Below are positions 51,501 through 64,000 of a DNA stretch of 64,000 bases, in pieces (the stretch's first letter is position 1; every line of letters starts with the position of its first letter). Under the pieces are notes generated by a model that was given only the letters and a program-made list of their open reading frames with translations, was not told the DNA's origin and searched no databases. Source of the DNA: Cenococcum geophilum. Its lineage: Eukaryota. The stretch spans positions 29,140,001 through 29,204,000 of the forward strand of contig CP158635.1 of the NCBI GenBank assembly GCA_050273025.1, read 5' to 3'. The translations under genes and the position numbers were made by a program.

Positions 51501-54478
51501 CCTCCTTTTAAGCTATACGTTTTTTAAAGAATATATTAGCTAGGAACGCATAGGATACTCTTTAATTATACTAGATTAATATCTACCTAAAACCCCCTAA
51601 TTAAATTATCCATAACGTAGGAAAGAACTTCTTATCTATAAAGTTTTAATAATAGATAAAGGTAATGGTAATTAAGGTTAAGGAAGTCCCTATTAAGGTA
51701 TATAATAGTATTAAAAAAAGTAGAGCGATATTATACGCCATTACGCCGCGTATATAAGATTATCTCTTTAGAACTAGAGGATGCTAGTAAAAAACTTACC
51801 TTATAAATAGCTATTAAAGCCATTAATAATTCCGCTAGCCTAGATGGACTTATACCTATATTACTAGTCTTTAGCGCTTACCCTTAAATAACTAATAATT
51901 CTTTACTATCTCCTTCCGTTATATAATAAGCTAAGGCTATTTATAAGATAATAAAAAGGTGCGACGTCTCTATACTACACACTAGGTTAATAACGCACTA
52001 GGAATAAGAAATGGCCTAAATACCTTAACTATGCTTAATCTGCTACTCTAGTCTAAGGTATACGTATAGCGTAAAACGGGAGGGTAGTTAGGCCTATATT
52101 AACTTATTATAATTAATAGTTAAACTTATACTATTTAAATGCCTTATAGACTCACTTAATTCCATTTAACCGTTATTAAGCCTTACTATAAAGATAATAG
52201 TTTTAAGCCTTTACAGGATGCCCTAGAGGAGAACTATAATTAATACACTCTAGAAGGCAACTATAATTCTAATATAATTATAGTAAAGGTTCTATAACTA
52301 TAACGCGGTAGAGGTCACCTAAAGGGATTATAAAATTGCTAATATCTTATTAATTTTAAAGAGTAATTTATTGCCGCTATTAAGAATAGAGTTAAGTTAT
52401 TAATGGCCTTTATAACAGCTAAGGAGAAGGCTAACTTTAAGCTCGCAAAATAGCTCTAAAAGGAAGGTTATATTATAACCCTTAAAGCTCCTTTCTAAGC
52501 ATCTAATAAGCAGGAGATTAATAGTCCTATTATAAGAGAAGTTTTTGAATTTAAGAAGTATAACCTTACTAAGTTTAATAGAGTTCGCATCTTTAAGTTA
52601 AAAATAGTTAATAAGATTAAGAGTAAAGCTACTAACGCCCTATTTAAGAAATTAAGGCTTATTATTTAAGGTTATAATAATAATAGTAAGGAGGTAATTC
52701 TTACATAATCCCCTATAATTTAACAAGCTAGTTAGCAAGTTATTATTACGCTAGCTTCCTCCTTAATAAAGAATAGAATAACGGTTTATTTATAAAATAT
52801 TACCTAGGCCTATACCTAATTAGAGATATACCTTTAGCGCTTAATATTAGTATACCTTCTAGAGTAAATTCGCCACTAATATCCCGAAGATATAATTATG
52901 GTTATACTTAAGCTATTATATAAAATTGCAGAGGCAGGAACTTATTAGTAGGCTACCTATAGTAAGCACTATAAAAAAAAGCTTTTAATAACTACTTTTA
53001 TATTTAATCCCTACTTCCTTATTATAACTATAGAAACTCTATTTAGAATCGTCAGCATATAAACTAATAATATAATTATCTTAGAAGACGACTAATTCTT
53101 AGCTCTTAAAAAAGATAAGCTAGTAAAGGTAAATCTTATAGTAAAGCTAAAGGAAAAGCTTAATTTAATAATACTATTACTCTTTAATAAATGTATCCTC
53201 GCCCTAAACAAGGATTCTATTACTTTACGCTAGAAGGGTTAAGGTAAGAAAATTAACATTATTAACGTTAATTCTCTAAAGTAAAGATATATAGAGTAAC
53301 GCGCTTATAAAGTGTATATTACTTCTATCTATTAACCTAAGGCTTTAATTTAATCTCTTTATTGCCGCCTAACACTAGAAACTAACTAAGAATAATATTC
53401 TTACCCTAAATAAACGTCTTTTCTAGCAAATAAACCATCTTAATTAGGGACTACTCTACGTGCCTATTAATCTTCCCACTACTAAGCTCTTTGTATTTAT
53501 TAATAAATTGTTTATAAATAATAAAGATTTTAGCTCCTAGCCAAAATATAAGATTATTATCGCAAATAAATCTACTAAAGAGAATAACTTTATAATCTAC
53601 GGTAATCTTATTTATTAGAGCTTAACTAAGAGTAAGTGCGTTACTTAAAGCGTTCTAGCGTTAGAGATATATAGAATAGTTAGCGGAGTTAATATAGTAA
53701 TTACAATTAGAACTAATTATAGATTAACTTAAACTTCCTATTATCCCTATAATTATATACACTAACTTATATTCCCTCTATAAGTATTTAGTTAAGCTTA
53801 GTACTCTAAAGGAAAAGCGCCTTATAATTAATATTATGGCACTTTAGCAATCATATAAGCGTTAAGCACTTTTTAAGATTTAATAGATTAATAGCTAAGA
53901 TAACCTAGTAGATATAATAATAAAGGTAAACCTAAATAAGGTACTAGAGACGTTTATTAATATAAATACTCTATATATATAAGTTAAAGGTTAGGTTAAA
54001 AGGGAGTAGTAGTATAATATTCTGCGGACCCTAACTAAAACTAGCTAATTAGGATTTTCTATCCCTAGGATAGAAAATCGCTATTAGCTCGCTTACTACT
54101 AGCGCCTTAGCGGCCCTCCTAATAAGATATCTACCTATAACTCCATATACTAAGAGGCAATTTTTAAAACAGCGAGACTTATATTATAATAGCAATAGTA
54201 AATAAGGAGGATTAATATTTATTACGTTAGTTAAGCGGTATATATACGTAGATAGTAACCGTAAAAAAAGAGTTGCTAGTATTAGGAATATAGGTAAGCT
54301 ACCGTTACGCGAGGCAAGTTGCCGTCACGTAAGGCAAGTTACCGTTACGTGTTGCCGCGGCACTAGCGTAGCGAGGAGCCCTAAGCTCCTTACCCTTCTT
54401 TAAGTAAAAGAGATAGAATAACAATTATTATACTACCTACAACTTATAGATACGTAATATTACCTTATGTTACCAATA
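48570..54478 (+). mobile_element. Copia-A2: full-length Copia related to Copia-A1
   Basis: LTRs 48570-48769 and 54280-54478; TSD GGTAA. pol is collinear and highly similar to Copia-A1 from ~50310 onward. Confidence 0.96.
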
Positions 54479-55897
54479 GGTAATATAAGGATATTACACT
54501 CGCTAAATGCGAAATTTATAATAATTGGATATACTATTAATAAAAGATAGTAGTCCTGAATTCTAAACCCTTATAATTTAAGATACTCAAATTTATATAT
54601 AATTCCCCTATAGTAGGACATCCGGGCTATATAAAGACCTATAAGATTATCTAATAAGTATATTACTGGCCTATAATATACAACTATATATAAAATACGT
54701 TTAAGTATATAAAATATATGTATATAGGAAGACCTCTTATATAAAGAAGTAAGGAGTACTTTAACCATTGCTAATTCTAATATAAAGATAGCGAGATATC
54801 TTAATTAACTTTATAGTTGACCTACCTAATAGTAATAGGTTTATAAATATTATAGTAATTATTAACTATCTCATAAAAATGCGATATATAATTCCTATAG
54901 ACTTAATTAATGCAATATTAGTAGCCGAATGTTTTATTAAGTACGTTTTTAAGCTATATGGTCTTCCTAATTTAATAATATCTAACTATAAAAGCTAGTT
55001 CGTTTTAGACTTTTAGTAAGCCCTATATAAACAATTAAGTATATAAATACAACTCTTAACTATATTTTATTTAGAGATAGATAGTTAAACTAAAATTGCG
55101 AATGCGATTATAGAATAATACCTATAAATATACTACTCCTACCTATAAGACGATTAGGAAAAGTGGCTATCTTTAGCTAAGTTTACTACGAATAATATAA
55201 AAAATAAATTAATAGGCGTAACACTATTCTACGTAACCTATAGATAAGACCCTTAACTTAGATTTAAACTATAATCTAAAATTAATATAACAGGACCTAT
55301 AATTAAGAGGATTTAATTAATTAACGTGTATAACTTTGCTAATTAAATAAAGTAGTTAACGGAATTATTATAAAGTAAATTAGCGTATACTTAAATAGTA
55401 TAGAAATGGTATATAAATAAAGGACGAGCTTCCGTATAGGACTTTAAGGAAGGTAATATAGTTTACCTAAATATATAAAACCTAAAAACTTAACAACCCT
55501 TAAAGAAACTTAATTAGAAGTTTATAGGCCTATACTAAATTAAGAAGAGACTAAGCCTATATACTTATAAGCTCGAAATACTAACTAAAATAAAAATATA
55601 TCCGACGTTTTATATAAGCTTGCTGTAACCTTTAAAGGGTAAACCTATAATTTATAAAGTGCCGCCGCTACCTCCTATAATTGTTAATAATAGTAACGGT
55701 TCTTACTTTATTAACTTAATTAATAATATATAATGGAAAATACGATCTAAATCATTTAAACTCCTTATTAAGTGGGAAGGATATAAAATATAAACTTAGG
55801 AAACCTATAACTAGATTAAAACTAACGCGCCTTTCCTAGTAAAAGAATTCTCTAAAGACTATCCTTTATAGCCTACTTTAGCTAGATGGATATAATA

Positions 55898-58800
55898 ATA
55901 ATAATAATTCATTACTTAACGTCCGATTCGGATCCCTACTAGGCCCATACGGACTACTCCTTATTTACATATGGGGAGAAAACTCTATTTAAGAAAAATG
56001 AGAAAACCCCATAATCCATCTCCCCGCCTTTTAGGACTCGCCTGTTTTTAGCGCCTGCGAGTCGCCTATAGTGCTCTACTACCTTACTGTTTAACCTCCT
56101 TGGGAACCACTACTGCCGTAACAAGCCTACGGACGCGCTAGTATCACAAACTTTTACTCTACTACTGTAGAGTTACTAGGGGGCACCTGCTGCTCGCCCC
56201 CTTGCCTTTTATTACCATTTCCCTTGCAACCCGGAACTAATTTAGCACATTTTAACTAATAAGCCACTGGGTAACCGCCTTGAGGCCTTTTTATATTAAG
56301 AGCAGTGTATTATAGTTCTCTGTGCCAGCTGCTAAGAGTATTATTTCTTAATTGGTGCGTAGGGGGCATAGCAGTATTACGTGTTTTAGTGTCTGTCTTG
56401 GCCAGCCACATTCGCATCTCGGGCTACCTACTAGGACACCCACCCAGTAAAGCCAATCTTTTAGTCCTATTATTCCTGTTCTTAAGAGTATTGCTATTAT
56501 ATTTTCTGCCTTTGTTAGGCCTTCTCAGAGCCCTTAGGTATTTACCCCCTATAGCGTTAACTATGCTATAGCTTAGGTTCGTCTTGCCTAAGTTAGCCTC
56601 TGTACCTTCGACTCCTATTTACCTCTCTAGCGTTAGTCCAACTAGTATTGTATTGCGGTAGATGGTTTCCCGGCGTTCTTACGTGTTTTACTTTAGCTCC
56701 TTTCTCTATCTTACTGTTATCTTTACTAACCTCTTACGCGTTTTCCTTCCTCCTCTATATAGGCCTAAGCCCTAAAGCGGCACTATTCTTCTTCTGCTTT
56801 CTTTACCTGTTTCTCTAATATCTCTTCCCTACTTTAGGGTTGTTGGTTTGTTCTCCTACAGGGCACCCTAGGGTCCCTCTATAGTTTACTTAGGCGTGTC
56901 TTAATATACTTTATAATATTAGAGTTACGTTTATTTTGCGTTCTTTATATTGTAGCGGCTTTAATATATAACTGTAGGGGGGGAATATTGGATTTCTTCT
57001 TAAGTAGTGCTATAGCCGTTCGCTTGTACCCGCCTGTAATACTTTAGAGGTAGGCTATTTAGACCTTTTAAAGTAGTTTAAGAAGTAATTTTAGGGGGCC
57101 CTTTTCAGTTTCTCCAATGGCCTAAATACTGGATCTATATATTATGGTTGGCCGGACGACTACTATATATAGTAGGCGTGACCTTTAAAAGCATGGACCC
57201 TATATGGAATTAATAATCCTAAATAAAGCGATAAACTATGCTTAGCCTTTACGGGCTGCTTACGCCGTATATGCGCTCTACCGGAGCTTGCTATCTACCT
57301 ATACTCCTAATACCCTTAGGCCTTAAACTGGTTAACCCCTAAAGCCTTAGATGCGAATTATATGCTAGAGATCTGCAGATTGGTTGCGTTTTCTTATAAA
57401 ATAGATTAGCTGGTATTTCTCTAGTAAGAATTAGACTCTATAACGTTTTGCCTACTCTATATAAGTGTTATAGGCTTTCTCTAGTGTTCTGCAGTTCTCT
57501 GCGGCTGTTGGCCCGTATATAATTAGGTTTATATCATTAACGAAGCCTATCCCCTAGGTCGCCCCTTTCTTAAAGGAGTTAAGCAGGTTACTTATAAAGA
57601 AAAGGAAGAGTATAGGCAAGAGGGGTAATTCTTATGGTATTCCTGTTGTAACTGCGATAGGGGGGCTCTAGTATCCGCTAAAGACTAGTGATATTTCTTT
57701 CTAGCCTATAAACCCTTAGACAAATTATATAATCCATTTTAGGAAGCCCTTTGCCCTAAGGATATATAGGAGACGCTCGTGGGGTATATTATTATAGGCA
57801 CCACTAATGTTTAGGCTAAGCATTAATACTATAAAGTCCTTTCGCATCGCCTATATAGATTTAATGGTGGTAATAAGTAGCGTAAGTGCTAATAGTGTTG
57901 AGCGGTTCTTTCTTGCCCCTATTTAGCTTTGTGGTAGTAGGGCATGTTTCTTTACCGTGTCTACTATGCGTTCCGCTATTACCCTTTTTAAGATCTTACT
58001 AAGGGTGTTTTCTAAGGCAATAGGGCGGTAGCTTTTTGGGATTAAGTAATCTGCTTTACCTTCTTTTCGTAGGACAACCATCGTTATAGATCTTTTAAGT
58101 CGCGGGTAGTAGCCTATAGTAAAGCATACTCTGGCTACATTTGTAAGCTAAGGTGCTATAAATGGCCTACAGGTTTTTAGGGCCTTATTTGGAATCCTAT
58201 CTGGTCCTAGTGCTATATTGTTTAAAAGGCGGCTAATAGTTCTAGCCATTTCCTCTATTATTATGTCGCTGTTAACCCGTAGGCAAGTCACCGGTATTTT
58301 GCCCGTGATATTACTAAGGTCTGCTAGAGCCGGTTAGGGGAAGAACCTTTCTATAAGGATCTTTACCTTCTTATTGTTGTCGTTTATAGCCTGTAATTTT
58401 CCTGCTCTTTATAGGGGTAGTAAGTGTGGGTCTTCTGCTAGGCGCCCTACCTTTTTCTTTACCCATTTCGCTATATCCCAAAGGCCCTTATTATGGGGGA
58501 GGCTCGGGTTAGAAGTATACTTATTTATAAACCGTCTCCAGTTATTCCTTACTTCTTTTTTTAGGGTATTCTTTAGCTGGTTTCTTATATCTTTATATCG
58601 TCTCTCGTCTTTAGGGTTATAGCTGCTTATATATTTCCTTCTTGCTCATCGTTAGCTGGTAACCAGAACTGCGCATTATATGGACTATACGTGTCGCGCG
58701 TAGGGGCCCGGTTTTAAGATCGGGCAGTGCTCTTCTAGCCCATTTTTAATCGCTGCCTAGATCCTTTCTAGTCTTCGGTTAATTTCCTTAGGGGTAGTTA

Positions 58801-61511
58801 ATAGGCCTCGCTTGTTTAGTATTAGGTGGATTTCTTCTAGGTCTTAGAGTTGTTGTTTAACTACATTAAGGAAACTGTCTGTCTTAAGCTTCCTTATTAT
58901 ATATCTTTTTCTATTTAGTTATGCTTTAGTATCTAGGTCTAGCTATATCTAGATAGGGATATAGTCTAGGGTGAGTGCCCATTCTTCTTTGGGGTTGCAC
59001 CTTTTAAGTCTTTAGTATAGGCCTTCGTCCATAAATGTGAGGTTAATTGTACTTCTAGCGGTGCCTTATTGCCATATAATTGCTCCTAGGGGGGTGGCTA
59101 GCTTAAGGCCCTAGATATTTATAGCTCTTAGTAGGCACTCTAACTATTAGTCTGTAGTAATATGGATACCCCCCTACCGCGGGTAGTAGAGGTTTATATC
59201 TCCTAATAGGATAGACTCTGTACCTTTGGTTTCTAGTAAGCTTATTACTAATATAATATTCTCTGTTTATAGGACTCCTTTAACCCTAGGGTTATATATA
59301 TTAATAATTTATACCGGTCCCCTATATATTTGGATTGTTATAACTGTAATATCTAGGTTAACTGCCTGCTATAACTATAAGGATAGGCTAATAGCCTTGC
59401 TGATTATAAAGCATATATATATAGCTGCTTTTAGTTCGTATAGGAGCTGGAATCCTTAGGGGCAGTATATTAATTATATAAAGGTATTGTAATACGGCTC
59501 TTGTATAGTAAGGATATGGTATTTCTCTAGGTCTAGACTGTCTAGTAGGGGCCTTATAAGGCGGTAGTTTGTATTGCCGCAGTTATACTATATAATGGAT
59601 AGGTAGCGGACCCCTAGTAAGGGTCCTTCAACTCTCCTTTATTCCTTACTTCTTCTATTTCCACTTTCTCTAGGATATTTGGAGCTTCTGTCTCTTATAT
59701 CTATACCCTAGTTACTACTTATTTTATATAGAGCTTTCTATTCCTATGTCTTATATTCCTATTAGCGCTTCTATATTTAAATCTATTATTATTACCGGTT
59801 CTTCCTTTATTCTTACTGGTCGGCTATATGCCCTTTATAAGTTGGCTACGAATGTTATATTTGCCGCATTAAGTCTAATTTTTAATTGTTCTGGTCTTAA
59901 GCCTGCTGTTGCTGTCCATAGGGGTCTTCCTACAGGGCGTCCTCTCCCTTGTGTCCCCTGTGACCCTTATATCCCTAATTAGTCTAGTAATATTACACGG
60001 CATCGCTTCTAGCCCGTTGAGGCTTGGGATGGCTAGCCTAGCCCTCTAGTATTAAAGGTAGGAAACGCTAGGAAAGTACCTGCGTCCCCCTAGCTTATCG
60101 CCTATTATTTCCATTCATATAACCTAGTATGCAGTTATTCCCGCAGCTGTTAAGCCCTTACCTTCCATCTCCTATATTTAATATAGTTTTCTCTCTCCCA
60201 CACCTTATATGTGCTTTAGTGGCAGTTCGCGCATTTTATTTAGTTTTAATTTAAGTAATATCTTATATTATAGGGGCCTGCATAGTAGCCGCAGCACACC
60301 TGTGCTGCGCATATAGATTAAGTGTGTCCCTATTATGCACAACAATAGCATTATTCTAGGCGTAGTCTGTGGTTATAGAGCCTTGTATTATATATAAGGC
60401 CATTTATAATTATTTCTTTTTAGATAAGGAGTTTTTGCATTTCTGGTGTATATATACTGACGATAAGGGAGCCATATATTCGTCCGGCGTCTCCCTAGCG
60501 AGTCTCCAGCGACCCTTATGTCCTCTCATTATTCTTATTATATGCTTAGTTTGTATTTTCCTATTAAAGCTATTAGATTCGGGTGATTTCGAGTCCTAGT
60601 ATAAGGCGTTCCGTTTATTTTACTATCTCCTATATAATTGCTATATTGTCCGCCTGGCGTCCCTTTTCTACCCTAAGGCTTATAGGAACCGCTAGGACTT
60701 TAACTAGGTAATCCTTACGGAGTACTTTTATGCTAATACGTTCTCCTAGCCTATCCCCTACCCTTACGGCTCGTTCCTTTGCCTATTGGTCCTTTAGGGT
60801 GACTCTAATGTCTCCGCTCTTAAGGTGTTGGACTATAATAGCGTTATAAACCTCTTTGCGTATCTCTATAAGGACTTCTGTTTCTAATTATCCCCTAAGC
60901 CCCTCTGCTTATTCTATATTTAGTTATATTATAATTATATACCCAGTTATTGACTTAAGGGGGGTAGGTTCCCTGTGCTGTAAAAGCGCAGCTACGGCGG
61001 CCTAGGTGCGGTTTGCCGGTAAAGGGGGGTTATACTTATTTTTAATTTTGCTTAGCCGTTAGAGGATTTAATTAAGGGTTTACTAGAGGGGCGCCTAAGG
61101 TTCGCTAGACTGGTAGAGCCATTCTACTAGCTGCATTAGTTTGTTATGGCTAACGGTTACTCCCCCACAATTCTGGATACTAGACGCGTTTAATAGGCTT
61201 TATATTTTATTAGATACCTTCTTAATAAAGGTATTTCCGCTTTATAGTGTGGTATTCGCCCGTCTTTATTATGGAGGGCTATTGCTAGGCGTAGTTCTAG
61301 CGGTCGCGCGCGAGTGCGAGCCACCGTTGTTCGACGTGTGCCTCCCCTGCAATGCATGCATCTCAGGGGGATTCTCTGGGTGTTTTTCAGGGTTCTTTTG
61401 GTTGGTTTTGGTCTTTTTGGGCCGGGTGCAGCAAGAGCTCCAGTTCTTTTACTAGCGGTATTGCAATTGCAATATATGGTAACTAGTTCTCGATTCATTC
61501 GTATCTTTCGC
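55898..61511 (-). mobile_element. Tad1-like LINE (non-LTR retrotransposon), near full length
   Basis: TSD CTAGATGGATATAATA (55882-55897, 61512-61527); (TTA)n tail. ORF1 with Cys/His knuckles ~60200-60350. ORF2: APE (II*YNCG ~59590, IQEP ~59500, LGDINL ~59200), RT (GIP*ELPLLPILFLF ~57620, GFVND ~57540) and C-terminal CECGWPRQTLKHVILLC ~56370-56420. Confidence 0.94.
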
Positions 61512-61992
61512 CTAGATGGATATAATATAAAGGTAAAAGACTGCCACCTAATATAAATATATAAAATATAATAGCAGGAAGCTTAAAATTAAAGAGAACT
61601 TAAAATACATTATAATGTTTATAATACAATTTTATAATATATAAGATATTAAGGAACTTTAACCGCTAGTTAAAGTTATCTAATTGGTTAGATTTGCCTT
61701 GCTAAGACCTATTATAAAGATATTAGTTCCGCTTACCGCCTTAACTAAGCTAATAGTGATTTTCTATCCTAGAGATAAAAAAATCCTAATTGGCCTATTT
61801 AATAATTAGAACCGGTAAAACCCTATACTACTACTTAACGCGAAAATATAATACGCAATAAGTTATAAGTCTTAACTAAAATTAAATTATTTAGACCTTT
61901 GGCTAAAAGGGGGGGTACTATAATAGGACTAGCCCAGTTATAATAGGAATGTCTTAGTAAAACACTTAATAGATAAATTCCAACGCTTTAAC

Positions 61993-64000
61993 AGTTGGTT
62001 ACATAAAAGGATATCACGTAGCTACGGTTCGTAGATAGTATAATAATTGTTGTTTTTAATATATATAAGGGAGGGCGAGGAGCTTAAAGCTCCTCGCTAC
62101 GCTACTGCCGCGGCAATACGTGATGGCAACTTACCGCACGTAATGGCAACTTGCTACCTATAATGGCAATTTACCTTATATAGTAACCACTTACCTTTAT
62201 TCCCAACACTAGCAACTCTTCTTTTATAGTTGCCATTTATATATATATATACCGCTTAACTAGTATAATAAATATTAATCCTCCTTACTTACTATTGCTA
62301 TTGTAATATAAGTCTCGCTATTCTAAAATTTGCCTCTTAGCACGTGGTGCTTTCTTACTTAGAAGTTATAGGTAGATATCTTATTTGGAGGGCCGCTAAG
62401 GCCCTAGTAGTAAGTAAGCTAATAGCAATTTTCTATCCCAGGGATAGAAAATCCTAATTAGCTAGGTTAAGTTAGGGTCTGTAAAATATTATACTCTAAA
62501 AAAGTCTTAGTAAGAGAATCTAACTAATTAAATAACTTTAACCGCCGGTTAAAGTTCCTAGATATCTTAAGACCTTATATAACTAAGAAATTTCTAGGGA
62601 CTCCCTTTTAACCTAACCTTTAACTTATATACGTAGAGTATTTGTATAAATAAACGTCTCTAGTGCCTTATTTGGGTTCGCCTTTATTATTACATCTACT
62701 AGGTTATCTTAGCTATTAATCTATTAAATCTTAAAGAGTTTTTAACGCTCGTAGGATTGTTAAAGTGCTATAATATTAATTATAAGGCGCTTCTCCTTTA
62801 TAGTACTAAGCTTAATTAAACACTTATAGAGGGAATATAAGTCAGTGTACACGATTATAGGGATAATAGGAAGTTTAAGTTAATCTATAATTATCTTTAG
62901 AGTAGTTCCAATTGTAATTGCCATATTAACTCCACTAATTATTTTATATATCTCTAACGCCTAAAACACTTTGGGTGACGCGCTTGCTCTTAGTTAAGCT
63001 CTAATAGATAAGATTACTATAGATTATAAAGTCATTCTCTCTAGTAAATTTATTTGTAATAATAATTTTATATCCTAACTAGGAGCTAAAATCTTTATTA
63101 TTTATAAATAATTTATTAATAAATATAAAGAGCTTAGCGGTAGGAAGATTAATAGGCACGTAGAGTAGTCCCTAATTAAGATAGTTCATTTGCTAGGAAA
63201 GACGTTTATTTAGGGCAAGAACGTTATCCTTAGTTAGTTCCTAGTGTTAGGCGGCAACAGAGAGATTAAATAAAGCCTTAGGTTGATAAATAGAAGTAAT
63301 ATAAGCTCCGCGAGCGCGTTGCTCTATATATCCTTGTTTTAGAGAGTTAACGTTAATAATATTAATCCTCTTGCCTTAACCCTTCTGGCGCAAAGCAATA
63401 GAATCCTTATTTAGGGAGAGGATGCATTTATTAAAAAGTAATAGTGTTATTAAATTAAGCTTTTCCTTTAGCTTTGCCATAAGATTTGCCTTTACTAGCT
63501 TATTCTCTTTAAGAGCTAAGAATTGGTCGTCTCCTAAGATAATTATATTATTAGTTTGCATACTAACGATTCCAAATAGGGTTTCCGTGGTTGTGATAAG
63601 GAAGCAGGGATCGAATGTAGAAGTAGTCATCAAAAGCTTCTCTTTATGGTGCTTGCTGTAGGTAGCCCACCAGTGAGTTCCTGCCTCTGCGATTCCATAT
63701 AATGGCTTAAGCACAACCATGATCGTATCTTCAGGATACTGGTGGTATTGAATTCCGACCTTGTTGCAACAGTCATAGAAGACCTGTAGTTTTGCTCCGA
63801 GCATGTCGTATAATTCTCCTCTAAACTTCTTCTCTTCATCCAAATATACCTTCATTAGATTCGTAACTTCTCGTAGTAGAGGGTCACCGGTTGGCTAGAG
63901 TAGAGAAGCTAGAGGTGGCGGAGGTAGAGGAGTGCCTCTAGGTAGGAGAGCACCTCCAGGTGGGAAAGCACCTCTAGGTAAGAGAGTAGCGTTCTGGGGG
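61993..64000 (-). mobile_element. Copia-A3: internally deleted Copia-A family copy, running out of the window
   Basis: 3' LTR 61993-62208 is similar to the reverse complement of the Copia-A2 LTR; purine tract follows. RNase H and the C-terminal half of RT at 62600-63735 are joined directly to gag at ~63740. Confidence 0.92.
63376..63855 (-). CDS. Residual open frame: in-frame fusion of Copia gag to the RT C-terminal half
   Basis: MKVYLDEEKKFRGELYD...GIQYHQY matches the Copia-A2 gag (~49730-49850). It continues directly into PEDTIMVVLKPLYGIAEAGTHWW, matching RT (~52883). Expression is not implied. Confidence 0.8.
   Translation of the reverse strand: MKVYLDEEKKFRGELYDMLGAKLQVFYDCCNKVGIQYHQYPEDTIMVVLKPLYGIAEAGTHWWATYSKHHKEKLLMTTSTFDPCFLITTTETLFGIVSMQTNNIIILGDDQFLALKENKLVKANLMAKLKEKLNLITLLLFNKCILSLNKDSIALRQKG

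Larger units (their letters stand above)
37837..61992 (+). mobile_element. Gypsy-E: chromovirus hosting Gypsy-B2, Copia-A2 and the LINE; 3' LTR cut by Copia-A3
   Basis: LTR start TATAACGGGACTAGCCCAG at 37837 is repeated at 61919 after a G-rich purine tract. Gag 38150-38711 and 45631-46250; protease LIDSGA ~46403; RT AYINN ~47529; RNase H ~47970-48300; integrase 54484-55400; chromodomain IKWEGY ~55766. Confidence 0.92.

Noticed and set aside
55891..55907. (TAA)n microsatellite or telomeric repeat
   Set aside because: It is the LINE 3' tail adjoining its TSD.
55960..56230. Hammerhead or HDV ribozyme in the LINE 3' UTR
   Set aside because: I could not find the conserved cores with supporting stems by eye; a covariance-model scan would be needed.
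5747..61556. Most ORFs in the six-frame track as host genes
   Set aside because: They are short Ile/Leu/Tyr-rich frames inside LTRs or antisense to TE genes, or stop-free remnants of TE genes (11787 protease, 22275 RNase H). This is typical of RIP-ed DNA.
1..64000. Alternative genetic code or stop readthrough explaining the many TAA/TAG codons
   Set aside because: Stops co-occur with D>N, G>S/R and C>Y changes in catalytic motifs and differ between sister copies, which is what RIP produces.

Overview
This window is almost entirely transposable-element DNA from a filamentous ascomycete. It is heavily damaged by RIP-type C>T/G>A mutation: TpA-rich, CpA/TpG-poor, with Gln/Trp codons turned to stops and catalytic YxDD motifs reading YxNN. 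I can support no intact host gene. It resolves into a deep nest, and seven insertions have exact target-site duplications. The nest contains seven Ty3/Gypsy copies or fragments (five with a visible chromodomain), a solo LTR, an LTR fragment, four Ty1/Copia copies, a near full-length Tad1-like LINE, a truncated Helitron Rep gene, a palindromic foldback/MITE-like relic and an unclassified 383-bp insert. Three observations stand out. (1) Two short palindromic cassettes (X, 23 bp; Y, 27 bp; each next to a RIP-eroded CCAAT-like box) recur 11 times, always between pol and the polypurine tract of otherwise unrelated Gypsy AND Copia elements. They occur in both orientations, with one compensatory base-pair change and one apparent ~100-bp Gypsy/Copia transfer. 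(2) The first chromovirus carries, at the equivalent position, a spliced antisense gene encoding a Zn(II)2Cys6-patterned, coiled-coil protein. (3) One Copia derivative has a microhomology-mediated in-frame gag-RT fusion whose junction largely escaped RIP. All protein calls are manual readings through RIP damage; no database search was run.
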